A stretch of 63,722 bases of DNA, the filler included, from Choristocarpus tenellus KU-1152 (Eukaryota > Protista > Phaeophyceae), in assembly GCA_964200185.2 (NCBI GenBank). It is 11 parts of 11 records of this genome, joined end to end, with 100 filler letters (N's around TTAATTAATTAA, not from the genome) between each part and the next. Parts side by side here need not be neighbours in the genome. Positions count along the whole stretch, not along the records: positions 29,018 to 38,350 come from CAXNAD020003769.1; positions 38,451 to 45,610 come from CAXNAD020006599.1; positions 45,711 to 48,664 come from CAXNAD020023393.1; positions 48,765 to 56,965 come from CAXNAD020005007.1; 7 more parts are not named here. One strand, written 5' to 3'. Under the pieces are notes generated by a model. That model ran no database searches, had not been told where the DNA came from, and saw only the letters and a list, made by a program, of their open reading frames with translations. A program made the translations under genes and the position numbers. The first letter of the stretch is position 1; each line of letters opens with the position of its first letter. Shown here piece by piece: positions 36,935 to 51,743 of the stretch.

Positions 36935-39718
36935 CTGTAGAGATGGTTGGGGTACGTGAGACGTGAGACGTGAGATTTACACCAGAGAAGTCAACACAGA
37001 CTAGGAGATGGTCTAATGTAGGGTTTGGTGGTGGTCAATGTTTCAATTAATGTTAAAATCCTGCTTGGCCTGCTGTAGCCTATCATGCACTGGTATTACC
37101 ATTACCTATGATATATTGTAGGAGGGGATTGATGGACAACATCATGAATTGATGCAGAGATCCTAGAGGTTGCATTGAAAAACGCCTATCATGCCAATTA
37201 CTCTATAGTACTATTTTGCATTGGACTACAAAATGCACACTCTAAATGACCACAAAACTGTCTACAGTAATGGTGAAATGCAAGATGACTTATTTCACTT
37301 ACAGTGTACTTGAAAAAAATGAAGTAATAAAGAATCAGACACTTCAAAACAGTTCAGTCAAAAACGCTACATGCAACACAACATTTAAATTTGCATGGAT
37401 CTTCACTGGACCAGCTGACCAGACTAGGGCTGTCGGCTAGCCTGGAACCTGGTAAAATATCTGGCAGCCCTGGATTGGTAGACTTCTTTGATTCAATTTG
37501 CAGTTTGATAGCACACCATAATATCAAAAATATGTAATGTAGAATGATTATGATATCAAACAGCACTCTAGGATTTTTTTTGTTTCCTTACAGTTAATCA
37601 TTGAATGCAAGGCTGCAACATTTTTGGAAGCATGTACAGAAATATATATACCCGAATTCACAGTGCATGTATGGTATTATACTATTGATATTACACAAGG
37701 GAGTTAACTTTCCTACCCACATATACGTAACGCAATACTAATACCATTCACGTAAGCACATGATTGTCAAGAGTCTAGTTTGAACACAAGTTAGTGCGAG
37801 TGGTGACTGTTTCAAAATAGAGCTTTCTAATACTTTGGAAGGTGACTTCATCTTATCACATGAGAGTTTCATTAGGGTGTTGAAAATCTTTACTAGATTT
37901 TCAACAGCTCAAACTATTCACAATTCAAACCTATTCATACCTGACAAATCCTGGAAATTAGATTTCCTCAAGTGTACGCTTCTGTATGCCTTTGAAACAT
38001 GGGAGCGCAGCATTGGATCAATTCACAATAGTGAACAACAAGTGCGCTGTAACAAGTGTTTTCTGATGGGAAGCAGCCAGACTTTTTTAGAGGACAAAAC
38101 AGCAACAGAGTTTGTTAACCAGTTACCAAATACACCTCTTGCCCATGCACACCCTGTCAATTTCTAGTGAGCAGACATGCAAATGTAACCAACCTGGCAA
38201 CTCTGCCAAACAAAGTGTCATTTCCTCACACCACCAACAGCCTGCCACCAGAGACACTCACCATTATTGAGGAGGGGGAGAGGGGGGGCGCATGGTATCC
38301 ACAAGCAACAATTTTTCCACACTGCACCCCACTGCACAACGTAGTGTCCCNNNNNNNNNNNNNNNNNNNNNNNNNNNNNNNNNNNNNNNNNNNNTTAATT
38401 AATTAANNNNNNNNNNNNNNNNNNNNNNNNNNNNNNNNNNNNNNNNNNNNACAGGACAAAGTGAGGTGAAAGGGAGGAGGGGGGGGGGAGGGGGGGGGGG
38501 GGGTGGGGGGGGTAGGGACAACGTATTATTAAATACTAGTGTTAGGTCCAAGCATAGTACTTATAGTACGCCTTGAAAGAAATACAAACGTGTAACAGCG
38601 CAAGGGTATTTTCAACATCAGTCAAATCATCACACCATGCAGTTTCACCAATAGCAAGAAAGCCATCAGACGTACACACTTATTGGATGTACCCCACACT
38701 CCCAACGGACACGCCTCATCCAATAAATAAAAAACATCATCCGTTTGTATTGCCTCAGAAAGTAAGCACACAAAAGAAAAAAGACCTCATCACGATCAAC
38801 AGGATGTGAGAACTGTCACTCGGTGCCAAAATAATAAAAATTAAAATACACAAAATGTTAAAGAATTTTAAAAAAGCATTAGTCTTAACAAAAACACCAA
38901 TTAAACACTAAAAGAAAATCATCCCATCTTACAAAGTCCACTAGAGTTGAAAACTTGCATGCACAGAAGAAGTATCAGTCTTGAAACATGCTTCTCAACA
39001 GAGGATGCATTTACTTTTCCAAAACATACACTACGGTAACACCAAAAAATGATAATATTTCCCCATTTACCCTCCACTACAAAAACTAACCAAGGACTAC
39101 TATTGACAGAACCACTGTGAAAGAGAGTAGGAGGTGCACTTCTCAATGCACGGAGGACCGTAAAAAATGTTTTTTCTTTTCCCTTTCTGTGCAGGCCCAT
39201 CTAAGCCCAGACACACATGCTAAGTATGTTTTTTCTTTTCCCTCGCTGTCCAGACCCATCTAAGCCCAGACACACATGCTAAGTACACAAATCTTATCAG
39301 GAGACAAACACACATACACGTACACATCTTGCAATATGCACTCATTCATATACCGAGCATGCAAGCATTGGTCCAAACACAAAACACTCAAGCCCTCTAC
39401 ATATCTACACTCTCTTCTCTAGTACGGTTAGCATACATACATGCATACATCCATACCATGCAGGTAGGACAAGGATTCCTATCTGTTCAACTCTGAGACC
39501 CACCAGACACTCACTCACTATCATTACTACTCAATTCTTAGGGCTAAGGGATTTGAAATGTCTTACAACAGCACTCAGGTGACGGGGTATTAACTTCCTG
39601 TCTCTAATGTGTGCGCTCATTAGAAAATAACAAAAAAACATAGAACATAAGCATATAGATATAGATGTAGATACATCTTGAATAGCAATACAGTTCCATT
39701 GAACTCTAGAAAAAAACT

Positions 39719-39970
39719 GCCCAACCACAATCGAATTGTTCACATGAAACAGACAAGAGATAGAGACAGATGCACAAACAGTAACTGACACACTCACGAA
39801 AAGATTGCCCAACCACAATCAAATTGTTCACATGAAACAGACAAGAGATAGAGACAGATTCGCAAGCAGTAACTGACACACTCACGAAAAGATTGCCCAA
39901 CCACAATCAAATTGTTCACATGAAACAGACAAGAGATAAGAGATAGATGCACAAACAATAACTGACACAC
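39719..39970. repeat. Tandem repeat, 88 bp x~3, abutting an exon
   Basis: GCCCAACCACAATC.AATTGTTCACATGAAACAGACAAGAGATA...AACTGACACAC three times. Confidence 0.9.
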
Positions 39971-42900
39971 ATGTCCAGAAGATGTAGGTGGAGCATTGGC
40001 AGGAGGAAGGACACCAAGGGATGCCATCGCAACAGCTTCCACTGCTGAGGCAGAGGGAAGTCCCCCCACTGCCCCAGGGGCCACAGACGGTGGTGTGGGG
40101 ACTTTACCCAATGCCATTGCGACTTGCTCCTCTGCCATTTTTCTCTGCATCTCCTGTAGCAATTTTGGGGGGGGTTGAGGAGACGGAATTGATTAGGGAC
40201 ACAATGTGTACGGGGTGTTTGGGGTACCTTGTGTGCCTTCCTACAAGGTGCCTTTCAAACAGCAAGTTCAATGACTTTAAGGTTGCAGAACAGAAAGGAG
40301 TATTGTTGCATAGGATACGTCTTGTGTATCATCTCCATCGTCTCATCCTTCCTGGCTGTTGCTCGTTCTCAATTCCACTTGATAGAATACATTCTAGTCA
40401 CATGCAAGGGACCACAAAAAGGCATTAAAGAATCAAATGCAAGCACTATCGCACTTTTCAACCAAAAAAAAAAAGATTGGATTTGCCTTCGCACATTCAT
40501 CTCCTACCCTACCTACTCTCTCCCTCTCTCTCTAAAAAACACTCATGCTTAGGCAACAAAAAACAGTTGACTTGACAGTTTCACACAATTGTGCACTAGA
40601 GCAATCACAAGGAGCAACTATAAAAAAAACGATTTGCCTTGACCTGCCTGGTCACACCAAGGGGATAAGGACAGGTTGTACTCTATCCTATTACCAGCAG
40701 TGCATGCCTTTGACACACTACTGCGCAAAAAGCTATTTTAAGCTATTTTAAGCTATTTTAAGCTCTGGTGTATGTAGGTGAGCTTTGGTGCATGCACCTC
40801 AAACAGAACACAACATCTGGTCACTCGCTCTTTTTTTTGTTTTTTTCACTTTTTTGTTTTTTGTTAGAGGTCTACACCTCATGCTTTTTGTAGTCATTAA
40901 ATGCACTTCTATGTCATTGAAGTCACCACGGACAACAAGACCGTTCTTCTCCTAAAGCGACCTAAACAAAAATCGCCATTACTGACTTGGTAACAATGAC
41001 CTAACAATCACAAAATACGCTTAGCAACTACAGCACAGAGCCACAGCACACATTAGAGCACAGAACTAGTACAAGTATGTTTGAAAGAAGAACAAACAGC
41101 CGTTTCCGTATGGCATTAACTACAGTAACTCTCAGAAACAATAGGGGTTCAAATCTGGGGAAACAAAAAAAAAAAACGTGCATGCGTGTGGTCCTGTCTT
41201 TCAGTAAAGAAGATTCAACTACTTTAAAGATGAGAGGCATGGGCTCCACACCATGGCATTGGGCTTTTCCAAAAAGCTTCTAGCTCAGAGAGAAGCATAG
41301 AGAGGGGTTAGCGCAAGGCAGACAGAAGGGAACGGATAGAGGGGAGGCAAAAATAAAATAAAAGTAGATTTAACGGCAAGAAGAAGAGGATGGCACAGTA
41401 GCTTGGAGATACTTCAAAGGTGCAATCGGACTAACTAGTATTTCAACCAAATCTGTACCCAAAACCCTGACCATAACCCTATCCCCAACCTTAACACTAT
41501 CCTTAACCCTGATCTTGTGCCTAACCCAGAACCTAACCTGCTTATGGATCAAACACCATCACCTCTCTACAACTTCACTCCAACATTGACCAACTACAAG
41601 GAATAGATTTAGATGGTAATGTGTACGGCATACAAACAAGAGTTCAAACATGTATGGTGGGGGTGGTGCTTCAGGACCTCTAGGCCAAGAAAAGGATGTG
41701 CTGAGTGCTGCTGAGTGGGTGCAAGATCGCAAAGTAGTGTAGAAGTATGGCAACAGGATATATTCTTCAAGTTAAGCACATTTTTCGTTTTTTCATTGTG
41801 TAGAGCACTACTGTGTAAATGTTGCCAATATACAGGAGGAAAAAATGAATCTCCTCCTTTAATCTCAATACTAGAAAAAAAAAGGTTGACCACTGGCGAC
41901 AGTGATTATTATTAACACAGGCACCCCTCTATAGAAAAACTCTCTTGTCAGCATAACCACACAGGTAGGACCATCTGTGGACATATCCATCTATTCTTGA
42001 AGGGATGTGCACACAGACAAATTCCAGCGTTTTATCTCATTTAGGAACCTTATCACAGATCAACCCTAAGGTACAACATGATCATGCAATTAATTGTTCA
42101 CAACACAATCAGATCTACTTACTCATACACCCTGCAAACATCTCAAAGGCTGCTACAAATGGCATAGTGCATCATTGTTCACAAACTGTAACTGCAACTG
42201 TAACTCCAACTCTAACGTAAAACAAAAATTTTGAAGCAAAAAAAATCAATAATCTTTTGAAAATTAAAAAAATAACTACAGAAAAAAATACCACACAAAC
42301 CAGAAACAAAGAGAGAGACAGCAGTAGCAAGCAAGCCCCAAACAGGACAAGCAACAGCCTATTGCTCATTGTAGAGCCTTGGGGAAGTGTCCTGTAATGA
42401 CTTTAGGACAGAGCAACAAAAACACAGCATTTTTCCACTATAAAGAAAGTTCTTCGCACATGAAAAAAAAACACAGAACAGGTTCCTTTCTCGAAGTGAA
42501 CTTTTTTTTTTTGACCAAAACTATCACACTACAGTACACAAGGATGTCAGTCAGATGCCTGTTTGTGAGATCTGTGACTGCTGGCTAGCAAATTTTTGTC
42601 ATGCCCGCCCAAATTGTAATTACAAACACCGCTTCAAACACAAAAAAACTTCTCTTCTAACATAGGTTTCATACATACGTACGATGCCTGTCCAGCATAC
42701 CCTGTGTCTGCTCATCACACACCTGCTTGTACAGCACCTTACATATTTGCCCTACATCAGCACATTATTCTGTTACTCATTATTTTATAAAAGATCCATC
42801 AACTTGTACCACTATCAGTCACTGCACCGACACACACACACATCCTTGCAAAAAAAAACATTTTTCACCATCAGCCTTGAACTTTAAATAAAATATTAGG

Positions 42901-44227
42901 AGACAAATGAACTACTGAGAGGGGAGGGGTTAACAAAGACAAAGATAATGTTTCAGAAATGCACACATTGAGCACCTGTCCTAGTTTTTTGGAGGAACTG
43001 GTGTGATTCTCACATCCACTATATGTGCCAGCAAATATCAGCATAATGCAAAACAACACTGTAGCAGTAGCACTTTGCGTAAGGATAATACATGCACTGT
43101 TGAAAGATGGGAAGCAAACACACGCGTGTGAATGTGTCAAACTAAACACACTTGGGGGGCATATATGCAAGGATCAAGAGCCAAGGGGAGAAAAGATCAG
43201 CAAGATGAAAAGTAGTGATTTTGAAGGATTGGGCGGGCAGGCGAGGAAAGAGGAGAAAAGCAAACAAGGAGATAGAGCAAGGGGGAGAGGGGGGGGGGAG
43301 AGAGAGACCGCAGAAGAGAAAGCGGGGCACAAGATGGGACAACGGAATCAGAGAAAGAGGAGCGAGAGAGGAGACAGAAGAGACGGAGAGAAGGTGGGAG
43401 AGGGGGACGGGATGCGGAGAGCAGGAAAAAGAGAAGCAGAGGAGAGATCAAAGAGAAGCGGTGTGCGACGGCAGAGACAGTGGTCAGGCAGCGAGGTGGA
43501 CAAGGGCACACTAACGTGAAGACATGTAAACTCGACAAAGTAGTACCAAAAAAGAACTCCAGAGAATGTCACTTTCGAGATCGTAATTTCAGTATGAACA
43601 GTCTTGTCTACATAAACAAAATCTCTTCACTCAAGAAAAAGCTATCATCAATAGTTGGCGCCGACAATGGGGTTCAAGGGTGCAGTTCAAGGGCATCATC
43701 ATCTCTCAGATTTGACTCATTCTCCGGCACATAATTCTCACCAGCAGTGGATTTACTGGCGCCACTACCACAGGCTCGGTGTGGTCACTCCATCCCTTGG
43801 GTTGTGCAGGGGTGTCCCACCCACTACGGCGAGTTCGCTTCCGTCTCGGTTTGGACTCTTCGACTTCCACCCCCTTGCTCCCTTCAACTTCCCCGGCACC
43901 AACCCCATTTGTAAATATTTCAGCTAACGTCGTCCCTTCTGAAGTCGCTTTATTTTCTCCCTCGTGGTCATTACCTGTGACCATATTCGAGCTGTGTCCG
44001 GATCCTTCATCGGAGCCAACAGCAAACACCGCCCCACCCTTTCCTTCCTTCACATTATCACTCGGCTCAGGTGAAGAGGGCGTAGCCTTAGCAACGTCTG
44101 AATCCACGCCTTGCTTCCCGCCACCGCCCCTGTGCATCTTTGAATTGTGTTCAGCGGATTGGGGCGAATTTAGGACCTCTCCATCGACTTTCACTTCCAG
44201 GACATTATTCGACGCCACCGCTGACAT
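39971..44227 (-). CDS. Hypothetical protein, 5' part, possibly a splicing factor (RRKRTRRSGWD, ULM-like). Exons ~44227-43742 and ~40153-39971
   Basis: Long open, CpG-rich first exon ending VNPLL|gtgaga; later exon EMQRKMAEEQVAMALG...PPTSSG after a CAG acceptor. Basic-Trp-Asp motif resembles UHM-ligand motifs. No RRM or KH domain visible; exon set probably incomplete. Confidence 0.55.
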
Positions 44228-45587
44228 AATATTCAGCAAAAATAGCGCTGACTGTCAGTTCGACTGTACGTGCGCACTCCACGTTCTCCTGTGACCTGTA
44301 ACGATGGTATGGACCCAGCTTCCACTCTCAATCCTGTTCAACTATCAAGGATTCGTTTTGGTTTGGGTAGTGTGGAAAGTCCTGCGCGCGGTTTACACAT
44401 TATGTTATGTACAATATTCTTGATGTGATTTTGGTTATCTCCACAACATCTCTCCACAGCACCACCTTGTTTCATACTCCAGATTACATCATTTTTGTAT
44501 GTATCGTGTTGTGATACTATACACCAACCACGAATAAAATCAAATGATTTGTAACCCCCTTGAGAATAATATTAAAATGATACTCTTCTCCTACTAAAAT
44601 ATACAATAATCTCATTAATAATAATAGGAAATACCCCAGATTATTTTTTATCTCCTATTTTTGTTATAATGGTAATATCTAACAATAGTGAAGATGTCTC
44701 GCAGCTCGCCGTCGTATGATGTCGATCGAGACTACAAGACAATATTCACCGATTAGTTTTATGTCTCCTTCGATCGGGTGGCCAATAACAGTGACAATCG
44801 AAAACCTCAAACGGCACTCAAGAAGGAAAAAGGTGGTTCCTCCCTATACAAAAAAAATGCAGTTTTCATTCAGCTTCTCACCAAAAGTTAGCCCGGACAT
44901 GTGGAACCCTATTAACCCAGCCAGGGGTTTTACTCTTTCCGAGATTCCAGATCAGAAACGTTACTACTCTGTTTCCATAACTCAAAGAACCTATAACAAA
45001 AGGATTCATATTTGGAATAGATTGATAGGTAGATATTTGAACCACTGTCATATTTGGTTTCGCCCTACTTTTCCGTTCATCAATTTTTTGGCTTTTCAAT
45101 CTTATAAATACAATATTCGGTGTGGATACCAAACGTCTATCACTCATAGAAATCTTGTTTCCATTATATCAAGTCCATGTACAAACATCACAAACAAACA
45201 GAAAATTGTACATATTCATTGTTTATATAAATAGTTGTATTGTGTACTTCATTATTGCTTAAAGTGGTGTATCATTGGAACATATTTGTTACCACACCAA
45301 AAAACTTTAGACCAAGAACGAGGTGAGAACATGTTTCATTCTTGACCGAAGGTGAGGGGGGTCTAGGACAAACTTGAAGAGGAAGGGGCAGAGTAATTAG
45401 TGGTAGGATATCTAATAATGCAACAACGCCCAAAAAGTAAGGCGTGAATGGAGGTATATACCATCGATCATAGTCTTAGTAGAGGAAGAAGAGTAGTTAC
45501 ATTACGAGAAATAATGGTGTGTGTAAAGTATATCTGACAATAGATCAACATATTCCCAACACTAACTAATGAGGTAAAGTACATAAG

Positions 45588-45610
45588 ACCCAAAGTATCT
45601 GGGAGGGGGG
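45588..45610 (+). mobile_element. MITE family A terminus at a contig end
   Basis: GACCCAAAGTATCTGGGAGGGGG. Confidence 0.75.
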
Positions 45611-45832
45611 NNNNNNNNNNNNNNNNNNNNNNNNNNNNNNNNNNNNNNNNNNNNTTAATTAATTAANNNNNNNNNNNNNNNNNNNNNNNNNNNNNNNNNN
45701 NNNNNNNNNNGGGGGGAGAGATGAGATGAGATGAGGGAGGGATAGAGCGGGCAATTCGAGTTATTTCGCCAGCTATTCTTGGAGGTACAGGTGCACCCCT
45801 GCCTGGTGTCTCATCTAGCCTGTTTATACTTG

Positions 45833-45835
<3 letters not shown>

Positions 45836-45869
<34 letters not shown>

Positions 45870-47493
45870 ACGCATTCATCGACAGAGGGTTTCATTTTCA
45901 TTCTGCACTATTTTATTTTATAGAAATACTTTTTGTTGTTGTTGTTGTATGTACGACCAAACACGCCTCACAGAGTTATATATTTATATATACATATGTA
46001 TGTATGTATGTATCAACGTTTTTTTAAAACGCCTTGCTTTGATGTGGATGGCTTGTGTAACGTTCCAGTCTCTACCCTTTGATTGATAACTCAAACAGGC
46101 TCCGATCGCATTGAAAAAATAAAAAAACAAAGAGGCAAAGGTTTTGTCCAGTTAGGTGCAGTAAAGCAAACCAAGCACTTTGAAGTGGGTGTAGCGCTGA
46201 TATATAACGGCAGTTAATATTGTTGGGTGGTACATAGTGCAAAGTATATAATTTTGCTATGCCATGTGTGCAACAAACAGCACGATCTATAGCGTACAGC
46301 ATATTCCATAACAATAGAGGTAGAGATGTGCCTATGTTTAAAAAAACACAATTCGAATACCACCACAGAGTTAACGGGAATAACAATATACTGAAAAAAC
46401 TCACTCAACTGTTTGTTTGTTTGTTTTGTAAACAAAATTTTACAATTCTCGCGAGCTAGAAAAAATATAAATATAAATAAATATAGACAAAAGCAGCGCA
46501 ATTTTTTTCTAAACAAAAAAATAACAACGAAAAGTAAACGCGGTATCACAAAAGAAATAGAAAAAATAAAAAAGGAAAAAAATAAAACGAAAGTCTTAAA
46601 AAAAAAAATCGAACTGGCGAGGAACAGCGGAGCCACATTGAACAAAAAAAAGAAGTAAATCACATTAGAATGAGAAAAAAAAGAGAAAAAAAGAGAAAAA
46701 AAAAAGCCGTCACCGTTGCCACCTACAAGAGAACACGCCACCCTTTCCCGCCACGCTTCCTTTCCAACTACAAGCCTTCAGCAGCAACTGACGCGGCTCT
46801 GTAGCTGAGCCTTAAAGGCACACCACCAACTATGACATCTCCCTCATTATGCCGTCAAAACAAGCACTCACTTCACTCAGCCGCCTAGCCACGAGGACCC
46901 CACTCAAAAAAAAAAAAACAAAAAAAAATACCGGGCCCATCTGCCAGCCTACCCTGTGGCCCCGGCCCCCTTGTCACAGGTACACACGCAAGCAAAGTCG
47001 CTTGTATGGGTTTCTTGTCTATCTCTCCCACACCCCCATCGGTCGCAATTCATTCGCACACACCTATCTATGAAATAAATAAATAAATAAATATAATTAT
47101 CTATCCATCTATCTATCAATCTATCTATATATATAGACCAAGACAGGAAGGCGTTTGAGACACGCCTTCGATCGGCAACAACAAATCGTGCTTTGAAAAA
47201 GAAAAAAAAAGAGAAGAGAAGAGAAGAGAAGAGAAGAGAAGAAGAGAAGAGAAGCCCACCCTAACCCTATACCCTATACCCTATACCCCCTACCCCTACC
47301 TCCTAACCCTAACAAGAACAAAAAAACATCTCGAGAATGGATCGGCGACATGAGCGCACCCCGCACACGACGGGCTTCACAGAAGGAGGACCGGACAAGA
47401 TGCGCGTTATATTAAAAAAAGTTCTAGAACGTGCATCACCGATATATCAAAAAAAAAAAAATGAATGAAAAAAAAAAAAGAAAGAGCGGACCC

Positions 47494-47539
<46 letters not shown>

Positions 47540-48107
47540 TGGTGCGGACCGCGACGTACACGCGAAAGGAAATAAAAAATAAAAATAAAAATAAAAATAA
47601 AATAAACGCTTTACGCATCGCGCGTAGGGCGCCTCGAAAAATAAAATTCCATCACAAGAAAAAAATAATATATTCATATATTTATGTATGTATGTATGGG
47701 CTGGAACACTGAAAATAAAAATAATTAATTTTTTCTCTCTCCGTCCGTGCATTCCAATCTTGACTCACCCTAATACAAAACACATAACACATACACACAT
47801 GCAAGAGGGATTTTTACTAATCTTCCACCAAGAAGGTGCATACCCTCCCCGCCCCCCCCGCCCCCCGCCCCCCTCCCCCACCCTCTCTACCCCCTACCCG
47901 CCAATGTTCTCACCCTGGCTTGCACTTCTCCGGGGGTACCCTCCAGACCTCCTTGAGGCCGAGTCCATAGGTCTGTTCGTCCTTTCCTTGACGCAGGTTG
48001 AAGGTTTGAATTACTTTCTTCTCCCAGGCAGTAGTGACATCAACGTAACACAACCGTTGGCATCAACGTAACACAAGCGAGAATATACAAAGGCAGAGAG
48101 TAGTGGG

Positions 48108-48163
<56 letters not shown>

Positions 48164-48604
48164 ACAGACACAGATAAAGACAGACACAGATAAAGACAGA
48201 CACAGATAAAGACAGACACATAGCCACACACGGACAATGGCGATAATGAAGACATGGATGACATACAGGAAGGGGGGCATGATCGCCGGGTGGGTAAGAC
48301 CAAGGAAGGGGGGATGGAGTTCACATGCTAATAATGCGAGCAGAGTGAAACAAAGAAGATTATATTAAACCCCTAACCTTAGGTCCGTTTACCATTCCTA
48401 CTACTTTTAGTAATACTTCCAATAAATAAATAAATATAAATATATATATACATATTGAAATTAAAATTTAGATGGGTGTAAGAGTACTCCAGGTCGCGAT
48501 CAACAATCAATACCATGCACAATTCAATGAATACCCCATACACAATTCTGCTCGACTGCCTGCTTTGAGTGCAAAACATTGACCGACTCTTTTTCCACAG
48601 AGGC

Positions 48605-48646
<42 letters not shown>
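45836..48646. repeat. Microsatellite and homopolymer-rich intronic DNA: (CA)n, (GAGAA)n, poly-A, poly-C, CCCTA(A/T)-like
   Basis: Visible runs near 45836-45865, 47210-47253, 47495-47537, 48116-48160 and 48607-48646. Confidence 0.9.
47914..48020 (-). CDS. ETFDH: Single internal exon of electron transfer flavoprotein-ubiquinone oxidoreductase
   Basis: Translates KKVIQTFNLRQGKDEQTYGLGLKEVWRVPPEKCKPG, matching the ETF-QO motif F.LR....QTYG.GLKE.W; GTGAG donor at 47913; acceptor uncertain by a few bases. Not in the supplied ORF track. Confidence 0.85.
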
Positions 48647-48764
48647 ACCAACACAACCCAACCCNNNNNNNNNNNNNNNNNNNNNNNNNNNNNNNNNNNN
48701 NNNNNNNNTTAATTAATTAANNNNNNNNNNNNNNNNNNNNNNNNNNNNNNNNNNNNNNNNNNNN

Positions 48765-51743
48765 GGCCACAGGGAAGGGATAGGGGCTTGGGCTGGGGGG
48801 ACCGTGACAGGACAGCTAAGTGCGAGTTGCTATGCCTGCCTGATTGAGGCATACTGTCAAGGGTCTGAGTGGAGTCGTGCGATAGATCTGTATCTCACTC
48901 TCACAGAGGGTGAATGGTCAACAAGGGAGGCATGGGCACCAGAGCATAAGGTACGCCAGGGAGAGAGCAGAGTGGATGAGCGAGGGCGGTGTGAGGATCT
49001 GGTTGCACTCTTGGTCTAGGATCTTCCCTATGCTGTGTTGGAAAAATGTCTACGTTGCATGCGTTGGATGCGGTAATAGCATGTTGCAGTTGTCTACGCT
49101 ACTGTTGTGTTCCAGAATATTGTAACTCGCTGCTGTATCTGTTTTCGCCGGTGAGGTATTGAAGTGCGGAGCGGTGTAGGAGCTTCCTTCGGCTTTTGTT
49201 GTTCACTCTTCCCCCCCTCCCCCCCCTCATATGCCCCCCAATATGGACAGAAAACAGGAAGAGAATAGAAGCTTCGAAACTATTGTTCTGTGGAATCAGG
49301 GATAACCCTAGGAAAAAGAAATGGCTGCACGGGCTGTGTTGTGCAGAGCCTTAGCTTTTAAAAAAAAAAACGATTTTTGACTACTGTTTTTGAGCCTGGA
49401 AGTTTTATCTTCTTGAACCTGGTTTGTGTGTCTATGTGTGTCTCTGTGTGTGTTTCACATCCAGCTGTATGAGGGTGTTCTGAAGGCATGTGTAGGACTT
49501 GGAGATGGAGAAACAGCGCTGAAAGTAATCAATAGGCAAGCTATGGATACAAGGGTTGTTAGGGGGGTGCCGAGTCAGCCGAATCGACGCTGTTGGCACC
49601 TGGCATTGGAGGCCATTTGTATGGCAGGGCTGCGTGAGGAGGTGAGGGACTGGTAGTAGTTTTTAATGTAGCATGTATGACAAAGTAAAGAGCTTAGATT
49701 GTATATTGCTTTTTGAGGGGGAAGAGGTGTCCTTGATTGGCCTATGGTTTTGACCACCTTTTCAGGCATTTCTGGCTCAACAAAGATGAGAGAGGAGTGT
49801 CGTCAATCTCAGCCTTGGAAAAATCGCGTCTAGATTTCCACTCCCCCTTCTTGATTCCGTTCTGAATGTGATTCTGTAAGATAAATCATAGTGCTTAGAT
49901 AACATCAGCATTTTAAATCAACCAATCGAATTTATTTGCAGTGTCACAGTGACACCATGGATCAAGAGGGGTGGAGGGGGTTGGATTGTTGGAGGTGCAG
50001 TTTCTGCTGATAGCAATAATTGCTCTCTTCATACACATGTTTAATCCGTACAGAGGTATTCATAGATGTACAGATGGAGCATGCAGACATGGAGAACAGA
50101 TGTCAATATTGCGTGCATTGGGCAGGCCCCTGGTAGGCAGGAACTACTTGATAGGCATGTTGGGATCGCATGGTGCACAATAGTCACTTTGTTTGACATT
50201 GCAATACAGTTGATCTTGACGAATTTTGGTCATCGAAAGTCCCTGCCCAGCTCATTCGCAACAAGGAATTCAATTATCGCTTTCGTGTGCGCTAGCTAGT
50301 TCATCTTGTGGAAAAATTCGTCAACATCAACTGTGCAGTGGTTCAAACTTTTTCGGATGGTGTGAGCCAAGAACTGGACCTGAGATATGAGATATGAGAT
50401 GTAAGGTGGCAGTCTTGGAGGAATCGTAGGGGGTACTTGCTTTTGGGGCCAAGCGTATGTTTTCTTGTCATTCACAAGGCAGTTAGTAGAGTCTGCCTCA
50501 AATACCCCGGAAAGAAAGGACGTTATATTCCTGTTGCCATGCATGTTCATGTGCCTTGTGTATCCTCCCCTTCCCCCTCCTATAGCGGCGAAGCTGCAAA
50601 TGGTCTCCACTTGTAGAGCTCTAAGGTACACTCGAGGGTGGTTGAATGTCTGGGATATCTGCTGATGAGCATAGGATGTCACTCTAATTGTGGCAACATA
50701 AATACTGTGAACAATTTTTCATGCTACAGATCTCAACATCTCAATTTTTGTTTATCAACTGTAATGTGCAACACCATAGCCCATCGTGGCTTGGAGAGGT
50801 GGGAGGGATAAAACCTGGGTGTGTGTGAAGTTGATGGTATACTGTAAAACGGAGGAGTTGCCACAATCTAGATAAAAACATTAGTTGAATCCTTGAAAGA
50901 GCAGTCACATGAAGTGCATCCAACGCATGGCAAAATTGCAATTATTTTTTTTTTCAGATGTTCAGCTTGTCCGTTATTACGCTACATGTAAGGGAGGGTG
51001 CTGACTGCCTTCTCCCTCTCCACCCTCTCCAGGGCTTGCTTGTGCTCAAGGATATGGTTGAGTCTGGCTTCCCCATAACCTCCTCTACAGAGATTGCAGC
51101 AGCATCACTGCTTCCGCTTCCCCCCAGGGATTTTGATTGGTACAAACCTCGACCACAAGTGAGGATGACTCCCAACTTGCTGGACGTTCCAAAAACCGCT
51201 GCAGACATGTGCCCAAAAGATGCCAAGGCGGATGACATGAGTGGGAGTAAGTATGGGGGGAGCTTTGTGATTGGATTGGGAAGGCTACTTGTTCAGGATT
51301 GGGAAGAGGGTGGACGGGCAGCTGCAAGAAGAGGTCAGCAGCTATTAGAGCGTAAGCGGGAGAGAATCATGAGTGCAGGGGCCATGCTGGAGGCAAGGGG
51401 GGGGGGGAGCGGAGGGAGGGATGGAGAGAACTCTGAGGAGAAGCTGGAGAGAAGTGAAACAGGGAAGAGAGAACGTCCAAAAACTAGACCGATCACCCGT
51501 CCAAAGCTCAAGATAGTCATGCTGGGTATGCAGGGGGTGCTGGGGAAGGGGTGGCGCTTTCGTGCCGCAGCCCGACCTGTGAGCAATGCAGAAGGGCTCC
51601 GTTCTGTCGGTGGTCCAATTCTTGACAGGAAAAGGGAACGGAAAAAGGAGGGAGGATACCTTTCTGAGGAGCTGACAGAACATGGGGTAGGTATGGAGGC
51701 CCCAGAGTTACTGCTGGCTTCAAGTGTGGATGATAAGAGTTAG
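48765..51743 (+). CDS. Pentatricopeptide-repeat (PPR) protein, 3' part. Exons <48765-48950, 49465-49641, 51033-51743
   Basis: PPR-like motifs SCYACLIEAYCQGSEWSRAIDLY, LYEGVLKACVGLGDGETALKVI, PNRRCWHLALEAICMAGLREE|GLLVLKDMVESGF; phase-0 GT-AG introns. Confidence 0.8.

Noticed and set aside
38260-38350. Possible upstream exon of the STAND-SH2 gene ending ATG|gtgagt
   Set aside because: The donor is good and in phase, but the peptide shows no Walker A or other motif and is cut by the linker, so it was left out of the model.
43025-43572. Overlapping Arg/Glu/Gly-rich and Leu/Ser/Pro-rich ORFs
   Set aside because: They come from a purine-rich low-complexity intronic tract.
46214-47752. Poly-Lys and poly-Phe ORFs
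   Set aside because: Translations of poly-A and poly-T runs.
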